Virus record (IMG/VR): IMGVR_UViG_3300028186_000155
DNA length: 64,000 nucleotides
Source of the DNA: a virus
Taxonomy: Duplodnaviria; Caudoviricetes
Strand: one strand, 5' to 3'
Shown here: piece by piece, positions 37,905 to 47,112 of the stretch
Numbering within the stretch: position 1 is the first letter of the stretch
Layout of the letters: each line of letters opens with the position of its first letter
The notes under the pieces: generated by a model
What the model saw: the letters and a program-made list of their open reading frames with translations, nothing else
What the model was told of the DNA's origin: nothing
Databases searched by the model: none
Translations under genes and position numbers: made by a program

Positions 37905-38562
37905 TTACAGTTTCCCCTACTTGCAGATGGCGCGGGAATTCGCGATTGCGCTTCACGGCCTCGGGGCTGAAATGTGTGTCGTACAGCGACGGCTTGCGCT
38001 CCAGCACCATATACAGATCAGCAATGTAATGCTCCAATTGATGATCAGGATATTTCGTTTTGTTCACCATCAGCTTACCGTTGATTTGGTAGGCCTTCGA
38101 AGCGAAACGCCACGTATGCGGCAGGGTATCGCCACCGCACAGCATTGCGTTGAATCCTACGGCCATCAGCAGCGGCCTTTGACCTTTGTCTGGATCTACG
38201 GGCAAGTTGGTTTCAACGTGCGTGAATTGCATGTCGAAGCGCTTGGCGTGATCTTCCATGATCGGCAGGGCTTCAGGCGGTGCCAAGAAGATAACGCGGT
38301 CAGTGCCTTCTGCGCTTTGGTGGAATGTGCGGCCCCGGTTGTCTAAGTATTCCTGTCCGTGATCAGGGCCATCCACGTTCGGAATGAAACCGCCGATGGA
38401 AATATACAGCTTTTGTTCTGCACCTTTGAACGGAACCAGCTTTTGCAGTTCAAGGCGCATCAGCTGATATGCCAGCACGTTGGCGTCGTGCAGTGTGTCG
38501 AGGTAGAAATTCAGCAGACGCTCGCCTTCGACTTCGTGAGTCAGCAAAAATGTTTTTCTCAT
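37897..38562 (-). CDS. hypothetical protein
   Basis: GGAG SD, ATGA coupling. Confidence 0.75.
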   Translation of the reverse strand: MRKTFLLTHEVEGERLLNFYLDTLHDANVLAYQLMRLELQKLVPFKGAEQKLYISIGGFIPNVDGPDHGQEYLDNRGRTFHQSAEGTDRVIFLAPPEALPIMEDHAKRFDMQFTHVETNLPVDPDKGQRPLLMAVGFNAMLCGGDTLPHTWRFASKAYQINGKLMVNKTKYPDHQLEHYIADLYMVLERKPSLYDTHFSPEAVKRNREFPRHLQVGETVNE

Positions 38563-39050
38563 TGCGCATTCTCCACAGCGTTTTCAACTTCGTCGTAATA
38601 GGCAGCGGCTGCCTCTTCGTATTCCTGATCGCCATACATGCTATCAGATTCGTCCATCATTTCGCGCATGGCGCGGTAACGTGCGGCGCGTTCGTGCTCA
38701 ACCTTTGTCATGCACCCGCTGGCAATGCGGTCCATATGACGCTTGGCTGCGCTGTAGGAATTGAAGCAACCGTGATTGGTTTGCGGCCACAGTTTGTCAC
38801 CCGGCGCCTTAACGCCGAATGTGGTCAAAAAGAATTTATCCGGTTCCCAATTACCCCAAATCGTATTGCGGGTCATGGTAGGAACTACCACGCCGATATC
38901 GGTGTGCATGTAGGGTTTGCCGGTCACGAAATGTTTGGTGATCCAGCCTGCCCATTGTTCGCCTGCAACCGATTTGCACGACGGGTCAAAGGCGTGCACC
39001 GTGTAAACCGTGGCACCTTGGCGCAGATCGGAAAACTTCGTTTTACTCAT
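38559..39050 (-). CDS. hypothetical protein, paralog of 37038..37481
   Basis: DLRQGATVY...FNSYSAAKRHMDRIASGCMTKVE. Confidence 0.75.
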   Translation of the reverse strand: MSKTKFSDLRQGATVYTVHAFDPSCKSVAGEQWAGWITKHFVTGKPYMHTDIGVVVPTMTRNTIWGNWEPDKFFLTTFGVKAPGDKLWPQTNHGCFNSYSAAKRHMDRIASGCMTKVEHERAARYRAMREMMDESDSMYGDQEYEEAAAAYYDEVENAVENAQ

Positions 39051-39484
39051 TTCAAAATCCTTTGATTGGGCAGGTGAATTATCGCGCTGCTGTTTTCTTG
39101 CAGTAGCTCTTCAATGATTAGCCATTCGTCCCGGCGTTCGCGGTCGCCTTCGCATTCACTGTGCAGCGTAAACATGTAGGTGCCGCTCGGGTAATCGGGC
39201 CGGTACACTTGGATTTTCGTGATCCAGTAATCCCATACCACCAGCCCAACCTGAAACCCGGCGAACGGCAACAGAAATTCGGTTTTCCATGTCTCGTTGG
39301 CAAAGCGTACCGAACCATTTTTGGCTACGATGCGCTGGCCGTAATAAACGATACCGTCAGGCGATTTCGCGTCGGGGTCGCGCTTGGTGTTACGCACGTC
39401 GCGGATGTGGCCCCACTCTTTCAGCTGTTTGCACTTTTCCACTTCTTTGTCGTAATCAAGCGAAAAACCCGACGTGAAATTCAT
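39047..39484 (-). CDS. hypothetical protein
   Basis: ORF in operon. Confidence 0.7.
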   Translation of the reverse strand: MNFTSGFSLDYDKEVEKCKQLKEWGHIRDVRNTKRDPDAKSPDGIVYYGQRIVAKNGSVRFANETWKTEFLLPFAGFQVGLVVWDYWITKIQVYRPDYPSGTYMFTLHSECEGDRERRDEWLIIEELLQENSSAIIHLPNQRILK

Positions 39485-39486
39485 GA

Positions 39487-40179
39487 CTAGCCCTGCGGAT
39501 AATATTGCGGATTATTTGCCATGCACTCGGCAAACCATTCGAGGATCGCGCTGTACCGCTGCGCCGTGGTTTCCACACACTGCATCAGGCGTTCACGATC
39601 TTCAGCCACTGGCGCGTAAATGCCCGGCCAGTCGAAGCCTATTTCAGAGTACCGAATGGATCGGGAAAACCCGTTCAGGTGCACAACCGCAATCCGGTCT
39701 TTTTCCACGCGGAAAGATTCGACTTCCCACAGGCAATAGACGCGGAACTGGTCGCGCTCTGATCCAAGGTGGCCATGCGAGAAACGGTCTTCATGGGAAA
39801 GCACCTGTGCGGCCCGTGCAAGCGTTACAGACTCTTTGAGTTCTGGCGGGTAGCGGTCGGGCCATACGTGCCTGTAACAGCGCACAATCGGCTCACAGCG
39901 CGTCACAGCAGCCATGATGCTTTGCACTTCACGCAGCGTCGATTCTTCGTCGTACTCTTCGACAAACGCGCCAAAGAACTTTTGCAGTTCGCTAGGCGTA
40001 CCCTCGATAAACGATGCGCCGTAGAAGTTGAACGGGCTACCGGTGAAACCCGGTGCTTGGGCCAGCAGGTCTTTACGGTATTCGTACATGTGACCAACGT
40101 TCGAACTGAAAAAGCTGTGAGGCACACCGTCTTTGATCCAACCGCCCGCCGACAAATCGACAATGATTTTAGAGGTCAT
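39487..40179 (-). CDS. hypothetical protein
   Basis: start moved to MTSKII (GGAGG SD). Confidence 0.75.
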   Translation of the reverse strand: MTSKIIVDLSAGGWIKDGVPHSFFSSNVGHMYEYRKDLLAQAPGFTGSPFNFYGASFIEGTPSELQKFFGAFVEEYDEESTLREVQSIMAAVTRCEPIVRCYRHVWPDRYPPELKESVTLARAAQVLSHEDRFSHGHLGSERDQFRVYCLWEVESFRVEKDRIAVVHLNGFSRSIRYSEIGFDWPGIYAPVAEDRERLMQCVETTAQRYSAILEWFAECMANNPQYYPQG

Positions 40180-40496
40180 TCCACAGCCTCCCACACCATC
40201 ATATAACCCGGCAGGATATTCGCATAGCTGATGGCCGTCACGAATTCCAACAGCTTGACCACCGCTTGATGCACAGCCAATTTGCTGTCATAGCGGCTGT
40301 GCTGCGTGGCCTCGAAAACTAGCTGGTCGTAAAGCTGCTTGAACAGGTCTTGAAACATGCTCATAGGCATTTCGATTTTCTGGCCGGGCTGGATTTTGAA
40401 AGCCGCGTGGCCGGTGAATTTCGAAATCAGTTCGACTTCGGACGACGACAGCAGATTGCTGAATTTTTCTTGCGGGCATTGCAGTTGAAACATCAT
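40176..40496 (-). CDS. hypothetical protein
   Basis: GAGGA SD. Confidence 0.7.
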   Translation of the reverse strand: MMFQLQCPQEKFSNLLSSSEVELISKFTGHAAFKIQPGQKIEMPMSMFQDLFKQLYDQLVFEATQHSRYDSKLAVHQAVVKLLEFVTAISYANILPGYMMVWEAVE

Positions 40497-40526
40497 GGCG
40501 ATTTCCTCAGTTTTTCCGTCGGTTGC

Positions 40527-40886
40527 TCAGTATGTCGCGTGGCGGGGCAACTCTTCAACTTTCCACACCAGCGGTTTCCATGGAACGAAATTCGCCCGCT
40601 CCATTTTATCCAGCAAGATCATTACCAGCAGCCCGGCCTGATAAATCTGTATCTTGTCAGCGGTTGTAACTGTTTTGCTGTCCAGCATGACGGCAAAGCC
40701 GTCGTGGGCATCGCGCAGCCAATGCATAAAGCTGGCGGCGGTGCAGGTCATTTGCTCGCCGGAATCAAGCGTAAACGGAGTTTTCACAGGCTGGTTTTTC
40801 GGAGGCCGTGCGAACTTGCAAACCTGCGCGTATTGCTCGGCGGTCCAGATGGAAAGTACCTTGCCGTCTGCGTCTACCAATTGCAT
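40527..40886 (-). CDS. hypothetical protein
   Basis: TAATG coupling. Confidence 0.7.
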   Translation of the reverse strand: MQLVDADGKVLSIWTAEQYAQVCKFARPPKNQPVKTPFTLDSGEQMTCTAASFMHWLRDAHDGFAVMLDSKTVTTADKIQIYQAGLLVMILLDKMERANFVPWKPLVWKVEELPRHATY

Positions 40887-41236
40887 TATTCAACCCCGTC
40901 AAATTGTCGTGCTGCACTCGACAGCAGTTCTTTGATTTCCGCAGCTGGGCGCGTGTAGTCCAGCGGCACGAATTCTTCGCCTTTCAACACGGTGCATTCA
41001 ACTGTGACTTTTACGCCTACTTCCATGCGCTCCAGTTCGCGCTTGTAATGCCCTTGGCCCCGGATGAATTCGGCGGCATGCCAAACGTTGCCATTGGTGG
41101 TCATACCCGAAGGCATCACCACACCGTAGCCGGGCCAGTACAGAATGTTTACAGTTCTGTCTTTGACCTGCCCAACCTTGACGGTGACGGTGCCGATCAG
41201 GTGTTCCCGCGTTTTGTCGATTGGTTTATTTGCCAT
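40886..41236 (-). CDS. hypothetical protein
   Basis: start moved to MANKPI. Confidence 0.65.
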   Translation of the reverse strand: MANKPIDKTREHLIGTVTVKVGQVKDRTVNILYWPGYGVVMPSGMTTNGNVWHAAEFIRGQGHYKRELERMEVGVKVTVECTVLKGEEFVPLDYTRPAAEIKELLSSAARQFDGVE

Positions 41237-41696
41237 CGGGAACCGCCCTGATTTCGTCAGGCGTGTAAACCACACCGAATTTTTCTTGAACGTGCAACAT
41301 TGCGCAGGCCATGATTGCCGCCTGAATCGCAGTGGCGGCCCCGGTGTGGTGTTCTGACTTCTGCACCTGCACCCGCACACTATGTTCGTCATTCGACGCA
41401 GCCACATAACGTTGGCCACCAATCGTTTCGAATTTCGTGCTGATATTCAGCAGCGATTGCACAGCCATGGTATCCACGCCAGTGCGGAATGGATCGAACG
41501 TGGTTGGGCAGCGGTTATCGAACTTCACGTGTGGCAGCGGTTTAATCGGGCGATACATACAGCCGATTTCCGTGTCGTTCTCATAACGCCATTCACCATC
41601 GGGGAAAGGCTCGTAACCCAGCATCTTTGCCAGTTGAACCGAAACCGGATTGGTCGTTTGGGTTTTGATGAACGTAAAGGAGGTGAATTTTTTCAC
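41226..41696 (-). CDS. hypothetical protein
   Basis: GTGA coupling. Confidence 0.7.
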   Translation of the reverse strand: MKKFTSFTFIKTQTTNPVSVQLAKMLGYEPFPDGEWRYENDTEIGCMYRPIKPLPHVKFDNRCPTTFDPFRTGVDTMAVQSLLNISTKFETIGGQRYVAASNDEHSVRVQVQKSEHHTGAATAIQAAIMACAMLHVQEKFGVVYTPDEIRAVPDGK

Positions 41697-42670
41697 GGCA
41701 TGGTTCCATATGCGGCTTTGTATTTATCGGCGGTTTCTTCGTAGGTGTATTGCATCACCAGCACAGCATAGGCCGCCGACACGCGTTGTACGTCGATGCC
41801 TTCGGGCGTCAGCGCAATATATTGCTTCGTGTGGCCCATCATTTTTTCCTGCACTAGTCCGCAATTCATCATGCGGCGCAGGCAGCGGTTTGCGTTCACC
41901 CGCGACATGCCCACATTGCCAACCAAAATGCGGCGGCACGTCACACCGTTTTTGACAAGGTGCTGATGCAGCGTTTGGTGGCGGGTGTCGGAAACCGTGG
42001 CGTTCTTGTCCAGCGCTTCCAGCAGCTTTTCGATCAAGCGTTGGTTGCTTTGGCCGAACTCCAACGCATTTGCCAATTGCGCCACTGGCGGCACGTTTGG
42101 GGCCTCTTCGCGGGCGTCTTGTCGGGCGATCCGGTCGTCAACGGTTTCGGCTGCACGCTGCACCTTGTGTTGGTGCATGGGGTCCATTTCCGCGTCAATC
42201 TCGCGCTGCAAACGATTGTTGAGCACACGCCCATAGGCGGTCAGTTTTTTGAACTGTTCACGGGTAGCGCCGCCCCCGGTGTTCCCCGCCATCAGGTGGA
42301 TGAAAACGCGCAGGATTTCGAGCGCTTCTTTGAAATCCTGCTCCTGAATTTTATTCCACTCGTTTTTGATCGTGCGGTCGCCCAGTTCCTTGCGGCCCGC
42401 TTGGCGACGTTCGGCCTGTGCCGCTTTGTGGTGGTCGGCTTCGTATTCGTAGGTTTTTACGTGTGCCACGGTTTTGTGATCGGGCTTGCCGATAACTTTC
42501 TTGCTGGTGTACAGCCACACGATGGCCCCCGAATGGGCAGCATAAACAACACTAGCGATCCGCTGGCCGGTCGCAAGGTCCAGCAGGTCTACGCCAGTGT
42601 CATCGATGCACACCATTTGATTGGGGAACATTTGGCGAATGTCACGGCGATTCATGTTTGCCATTTTCAT
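41693..42670 (-). CDS. protein with C-terminal winged-helix (MarR-like) domain
   Basis: VGMSRVNANRCLRRMMNCGLV...YIALTPEG. Confidence 0.65.
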   Translation of the reverse strand: MKMANMNRRDIRQMFPNQMVCIDDTGVDLLDLATGQRIASVVYAAHSGAIVWLYTSKKVIGKPDHKTVAHVKTYEYEADHHKAAQAERRQAGRKELGDRTIKNEWNKIQEQDFKEALEILRVFIHLMAGNTGGGATREQFKKLTAYGRVLNNRLQREIDAEMDPMHQHKVQRAAETVDDRIARQDAREEAPNVPPVAQLANALEFGQSNQRLIEKLLEALDKNATVSDTRHQTLHQHLVKNGVTCRRILVGNVGMSRVNANRCLRRMMNCGLVQEKMMGHTKQYIALTPEGIDVQRVSAAYAVLVMQYTYEETADKYKAAYGTMP

Positions 42671-43092
42671 GCTGTGATTTCCTTTCGAGTGCGAGGTTTA
42701 GGCCAGACCATTTCAGGCAGGTCTTCCTCTAGCGGGCCGTCATAGATTGGGTTGGTTGCCTTGAGACTTTGGAGCTTGGCGAGCAATACGCGATTGGTGG
42801 TAAAGCGCATGCCTAGCGAGCGATACAAGGCGATTGCTGGCGCGTTGTCCGGGTAGACCAGCAAACGCATTTGTTGCTGTTCCCACATGCGCACGTGGCG
42901 CAGCAGGCGGCGCATAATCCCCTTGCGCCGATAGTTGTCGAAAGTCGAGACGCCGTGAATTGCGACGTAGCCGTCAAACTGCACGACTTCCAAATACGCG
43001 GCATAGGCGCCGTTGTACATCAGCCGGTACTCTTGAATCTGCGCAGATTCCTTACTCGGTATGCGCTCGATTTTGATTACGCAATTTTCCAT
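42667..43092 (-). CDS. GNAT-family acetyltransferase (RimI-like)
   Basis: VSTFDNYRRKGIMRRLL; LLVYPDNAPAIALYRSLGM. Confidence 0.8.
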   Translation of the reverse strand: MENCVIKIERIPSKESAQIQEYRLMYNGAYAAYLEVVQFDGYVAIHGVSTFDNYRRKGIMRRLLRHVRMWEQQQMRLLVYPDNAPAIALYRSLGMRFTTNRVLLAKLQSLKATNPIYDGPLEEDLPEMVWPKPRTRKEITA

Positions 43093-43102
43093 TTTATTGC
43101 TC

Positions 43103-43155
43103 GCTGGTTTCACTCGGATACGCACCATTCTAGATGCGTATCGAAGTTAATCAGC
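43103..43155 (-). repeat. structured intergenic RNA element, copy 2
   Basis: gctgATTA acttcgatacgcatc TAGAAT ggtgcgtatccgagt GAAA ccagc. Confidence 0.75.
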
Positions 43156-43702
43156 TTTCAGTTTTTACCATGACGATTGGCGTTGCGGGTTTCGGCACGA
43201 TACGGAAATCATGCGCGAATTGCTCACTGTGCATTTGGCCCAAGTAGAAGGCAGCGTGCAGCATGTTGCGCCCGTGGGTTTGGATATCGCCAGTGCGTGC
43301 CTCGGGCGTATCCGGGTCGAATGTGATTTCGAAACGGTAATCGGCGCCCGGATCATTCGGGTCATGGTCGTGGTTGATTTCGACCATTTCACGTACCGCA
43401 TTTTCCTGCTGTTCTGCCCAGCTATGAATGTCGTTCCAGCCCAGTTGCAGCAGCAGATAAACAGGCTCCACGAATTCAGCAGGCACCACGCTTTCTACGG
43501 CTTGACGCATGGTCAGCCGGTAGAACTGTTTGTGGTCAACCACGTTGAGGTAATAGTAGGGCTTGCCTTCCTCTTTTTCGCGCTCCCAATCGGCATCGCA
43601 TTTGGCTTGCGCTTTCTCGCTGGCTGCACGGTCGAAAGAGTCTTCGTGTGCTTTGGCAGCGGCACGGATGAATGCAGCGAATTGCAGTGCTTGAAGTTCC
43701 AT
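43151..43702 (-). CDS. hypothetical protein
   Basis: start moved to MELQAL (GAGGA SD). Confidence 0.75.
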   Translation of the reverse strand: MELQALQFAAFIRAAAKAHEDSFDRAASEKAQAKCDADWEREKEEGKPYYYLNVVDHKQFYRLTMRQAVESVVPAEFVEPVYLLLQLGWNDIHSWAEQQENAVREMVEINHDHDPNDPGADYRFEITFDPDTPEARTGDIQTHGRNMLHAAFYLGQMHSEQFAHDFRIVPKPATPIVMVKTES

Positions 43703-43757
43703 CGTTTTTCCTCGGTTTTTCAAAATGGGTTAGGGCGCACTAGGCGCCCCACAGGTT

Positions 43758-44216
43758 TCAACGGTTAATGAAATGGCCGTTGGCATCGCACCGGCTGAAG
43801 ATGCTGGTTTTCTTGCCGTCGATTTCCACTTTCTGTTCCCGCATGACTTTGTGCGGGTCCAGTCCGTAAATGAAATTGTCTACGCGGAATTCGATACGCG
43901 ACCATGGCCGGGTGTTGTGTTCCTCCCACGCCACGATTGCATCCCGCAGGCTGGCGAAGTCATCGCTGTATTTGCAATTTTCTTCGTCGCCGTCCCAGTT
44001 GCCAGCTACAACGCCGTAGGGGAATGCACCTTTCGCGAATTCCTCCAGCGATTCTTTTGGAACCGCGTTCGCACGGTTCGCAAGATCGATCACACCTTTC
44101 AGGAATTCCGTCTCGGTCAAAACGCCCGATGCGTACTGCACCGACAATTCAGAAACTGCGTTGTTGGTTTCGCGGTTGAAAGTCAGGATGGTGATCAGCG
44201 CTTGTTTGTGGTCCAT
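43758..44216 (-). CDS. hypothetical protein
   Basis: start moved to MDHKQA (GAGGA SD). Confidence 0.75.
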   Translation of the reverse strand: MDHKQALITILTFNRETNNAVSELSVQYASGVLTETEFLKGVIDLANRANAVPKESLEEFAKGAFPYGVVAGNWDGDEENCKYSDDFASLRDAIVAWEEHNTRPWSRIEFRVDNFIYGLDPHKVMREQKVEIDGKKTSIFSRCDANGHFINR

Positions 44217-44253
44217 GGTTCGATCCTCGTTGGGTCCAGAAAAGGGAAGCGTC

Positions 44254-44340
44254 AAACTTCCCTAAAAGTGTGAGCGTCTAACTTGCAGGCACAGTTGCCC
44301 GAAGAGGTTTCATTGTACCTATGGGCCGACGAACGGTCAA
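44254..44340 (-). promoter_or_regulatory. sigma70-type promoter + hairpin + conserved leader, copy 2
   Basis: TTGACC-N17-TACAAT; GGGCA-ACTG-TGCCT hairpin; ACGCTCACACTTTTAGGGAAGTTT. Confidence 0.8.
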
Positions 44341-44345
44341 CCGTC

Positions 44346-44786
44346 CTACAGCGGCCTCTTACAGCACGGGCAGCGCTCCACGCCCTTTACGGTGGTCCCT
44401 ATAGGCTTACGGCCTTTGTGCAGGAACAGGCCCACGCGGTGCGCCCCTGAATAGTCCACAGGCATGCCCGACACATAGGGAGCGCGCAGGGCAGCCAATG
44501 ACGCACGGGTGTTCGGTGTGGCGCCAAGGCCGGGGCCTAGTACCCGTGCTGAATCTTTATCAAGGCACAACGGGCCACGCGGTTTTTCTTCGTCTGGTTT
44601 CTTGCGGTGCCAGATTCCGCCTGCACGTTGTTTTGCGTCGTCGCGCAATTCTCGCAGAATGGTAGCGGCGCCGGGATAACCATCGCGCTCAAGTTCCTTA
44701 ATGCACACGGCCAAACGGCCTACAGTGATTTCTGAAACCAGTTCGTAGCCACCTTCGACCACGCGTTGAAAGAAATAACGGTCCAT
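44346..44786 (-). CDS. hypothetical protein
   Basis: start moved to MDRYFF (AGGA SD); C-terminal CPCC. Confidence 0.7.
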   Translation of the reverse strand: MDRYFFQRVVEGGYELVSEITVGRLAVCIKELERDGYPGAATILRELRDDAKQRAGGIWHRKKPDEEKPRGPLCLDKDSARVLGPGLGATPNTRASLAALRAPYVSGMPVDYSGAHRVGLFLHKGRKPIGTTVKGVERCPCCKRPL

Positions 44787-44793
44787 ATATTTC

Positions 44794-45462
44794 CTATGCA
44801 GTTTTGAAAGCCAGATGATCTTTATCAACCCACACCCCGTGACGGGCAGCCAGATATTCAATCGTGTTGTGTTTGCCGTCGATCATCGACCGGGGATCTA
44901 CCACGACCACCGAATCAATCTCCGGTGCGTAGAATTCCACGGTTTTCAGCAGACGCGCCAGATCAAAACCGATCACCATTTCAGCGGCAGGCGTGCGCGG
45001 GTGCAGGAACAGAACCTGCTGGCGTGCCTGCCCAACCAGATACAGGCCGCGCAAATTACCGACCGTGATTTCCATGTCCTCGTTTATTTTCAGGTCGGGT
45101 TCATTTTTCACCATGGGCACCACACCCACGGTACGTCCATTGCGCAGGAACGCCGCCACGTAATCTAGCCAGCGCACATTATTGGTAATGTGGTTTTTGA
45201 TTCCGTGCCGGTAATTGAAACTGATATCAGGGTCGCGCAGCATCACGCCGTAATCCAGACGGTTTTTGAACGCGCCCCAAATCAGGGCTGGTGCATACAG
45301 CCAAATTCGCCAGCGTGGCAGGTGGTAAATCTTGGCGGCCTTGAGGTGGTAGTAAAAGCCGACCATGGCACCGAGGAACCACGGGATCTTTTTTGCCACC
45401 AGCAACAAACAGAAAAGGGCACACAACACCAACGGCGTGAGCACCCAAAAATTAATTGCCAT
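44794..45462 (-). CDS. membrane-anchored hypothetical protein
   Basis: N-terminal TM; AAGGAG SD. Confidence 0.75.
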   Translation of the reverse strand: MAINFWVLTPLVLCALFCLLLVAKKIPWFLGAMVGFYYHLKAAKIYHLPRWRIWLYAPALIWGAFKNRLDYGVMLRDPDISFNYRHGIKNHITNNVRWLDYVAAFLRNGRTVGVVPMVKNEPDLKINEDMEITVGNLRGLYLVGQARQQVLFLHPRTPAAEMVIGFDLARLLKTVEFYAPEIDSVVVVDPRSMIDGKHNTIEYLAARHGVWVDKDHLAFKTA

Positions 45463-45473
45463 GGTTTTCTCCT

Positions 45474-45821
45474 TTAGGCCAAAACGTACACGCCGCTTTT
45501 GAGGATTTCGATAATGTGGCGGCGCTCCATTAGCGCAACGCCATTTTCGGTTTTTCGCAGGTGGTGGATGTACTGCTGATAAATCAGGTCAGGCACAGCC
45601 TTGACCACGAAATCGTCTGCACCGTCTTCCTCCAGTTCCTTGCACAGGCGCCGCACTTCCTCTTCGTACTCAAACTGGCGGCTGCTCAGAGTTTGCAGGT
45701 GCACTAGACTGGAACCGCTCTGGTAGTCGTGCACGAACACACATTCCACGCCGCCGACCAGCACGTGCTGCTGATCTACTAAATCATTTACAGTTTCGGG
45801 ATGGTCCAGAAGTTCGATCAT
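45474..45821 (-). CDS. hypothetical protein
   Basis: ATGA coupling. Confidence 0.7.
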   Translation of the reverse strand: MIELLDHPETVNDLVDQQHVLVGGVECVFVHDYQSGSSLVHLQTLSSRQFEYEEEVRRLCKELEEDGADDFVVKAVPDLIYQQYIHHLRKTENGVALMERRHIIEILKSGVYVLA

Positions 45822-46003
45822 TTCTTAGGCCTCAGTTCACGCGCACGCTGCAAAAACGTATCGCGATCAATTTTGTATTCGTTGGCCGCCATGATGAACC
45901 CGTGACGGCGTGTGCGCAGGTAATGCCGGTGTGAATAAACGGCCCAGTGAATGCAGCCGTAATAATTGTGTTCCCTTACCCACTCAGGATCAGTTTTGTA
46001 CAT
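45818..46003 (-). CDS. hypothetical protein
   Basis: AAGGAAGG SD. Confidence 0.6.
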   Translation of the reverse strand: MYKTDPEWVREHNYYGCIHWAVYSHRHYLRTRRHGFIMAANEYKIDRDTFLQRARELRPKK

Positions 46004-46241
46004 CGGTCGCCTTCCTTTTGAAGGGCCGTTCGTTATCCTGATTTTTGAACCAATCCATTAATTGCGATTTCGGGTAGCGATTGGCTCGCATGTTGGAGCC
46101 GAACCGCGATGTGATATTCGAGGCGCCCGGATCACGAATAGTCACCGGGCTTTTCGCCATGCGTTCGCGCAACGCCTTCACCGAGACGCCTGCATGTTCC
46201 GCCAGTTCCGCCAGACTCCAAATTGGTTCACGTGCTTTCAT
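45990..46241 (-). CDS. HTH DNA-binding protein (excisionase/MerR-like)
   Basis: [20 protein letters not shown]...[11 protein letters not shown]; start moved to MKAREP. Confidence 0.65.
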   Translation of the reverse strand: MKAREPIWSLAELAEHAGVSVKALRERMAKSPVTIRDPGASNITSRFGSNMRANRYPKSQLMDWFKNQDNERPFKRKATDVQN

Positions 46242-46245
46242 CTGC

Positions 46246-46614
46246 TTAGCCCTTCGTTGCTTGCTTGCGCGTCGAGTTTGCGCGGGTGAATTCTTTTTTG
46301 AAGCTCCAGCCGAAAACGCCCCACCAGTAGGCGCCACCAATCGACTCATTATCAAGGGTGCTGTTAATCAGGTGCCAGAACCACAGGTCAAACCAGAACG
46401 CACGCAGCAGCCTTTTGAAAGTTTTCCAGATCGGCACGCCAGCTTTCCAGTAGACGACGGTTTCCCACAGGCCATGCGACAACCCACGCGCCAGCGGCCT
46501 AGCTGCCAGCGCCAGCATGATAGGGAACACCACAAAGCCCGTGATGAAACAGGCAGCGATATACCAGTAGGGGAACAGGCCGAAAAAGTATTCTACAGTG
46601 AGATATTTTTCCAT
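46246..46614 (-). CDS. membrane protein
   Basis: start moved to MEKYLT (GAGGA SD); hydrophobic and Trp-rich. Confidence 0.7.
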   Translation of the reverse strand: MEKYLTVEYFFGLFPYWYIAACFITGFVVFPIMLALAARPLARGLSHGLWETVVYWKAGVPIWKTFKRLLRAFWFDLWFWHLINSTLDNESIGGAYWWGVFGWSFKKEFTRANSTRKQATKG

Positions 46615-46625
46615 GCGGGTAGTCC

Positions 46626-46841
46626 TCAGTAGGAAAGTTCGGTTTCGCCGTCGTCGGGGAAATACAGGTTGCGGGTGTGGTTGTAGCAGCAGGCACGCGC
46701 CCAAACATTTTCTTCGGGGAAGTCGCGGGCCTCCGGGTCGTCTTGGAAATTGATATCGTAGGACAGCGTATAATCGCCGTCCACCATTTCGAGGCTGGCA
46801 TAGGTGCTGCCAGTAATTTCGATTACCTTGAAGTCGAACAT
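46626..46841 (-). CDS. small acidic hypothetical protein
   Basis: start moved to MFDFKV (GGAG SD). Confidence 0.65.
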   Translation of the reverse strand: MFDFKVIEITGSTYASLEMVDGDYTLSYDINFQDDPEARDFPEENVWARACCYNHTRNLYFPDDGETELSY

Positions 46842-46843
46842 AT

Positions 46844-47047
46844 TCACTCCGTCAGTGCTTGACACACAATGCAGCGTTGCGCCGTGGGGTGCGCCTTCAG
46901 CCGGGCGGCCCCTATAGGTTCGTCGCAGTCGATACAATCGGTGCGTGGTGGTCCTGCGAGCGATTTACGCGCCCGGTAAATTTCCAGCGCTATGGAATTT
47001 TCCATTTCCTTTTCCATGTCGCCGTCACGTGCCCAACCTACAGCCAT
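46844..47047 (-). CDS. TraR/DksA C4-type zinc finger protein (YbiI-like)
   Basis: MAVGWARDG N-terminus; CIDCDEPIGAARL..P...RCIVCQ. Confidence 0.85.
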   Translation of the reverse strand: MAVGWARDGDMEKEMENSIALEIYRARKSLAGPPRTDCIDCDEPIGAARLKAHPTAQRCIVCQALTE

Positions 47048-47060
47048 AATTTGTACTCCG

Positions 47061-47112
47061 GTGTTTCATCCTGTTGCGCACTCAAGAGAATGCGCAGCAG
47101 TGATTATTCCAC
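47061..47112 (-). repeat. structured intergenic RNA element, copy 3
   Basis: gtgGAATA atcactgctgcgcattc TCTT gagtgcgcaacaggat GAAA cac. Confidence 0.7.

Noticed and set aside
43095-43175. Hammerhead ribozyme reading of RNA element copy 2 (CUGAUUA-stem-GAAAC, upstream UGGUA)
   Set aside because: Core needs CUGANGA (G8 missing), stem I cannot form, CUGA is the upstream stop codon, and other copies lack the core
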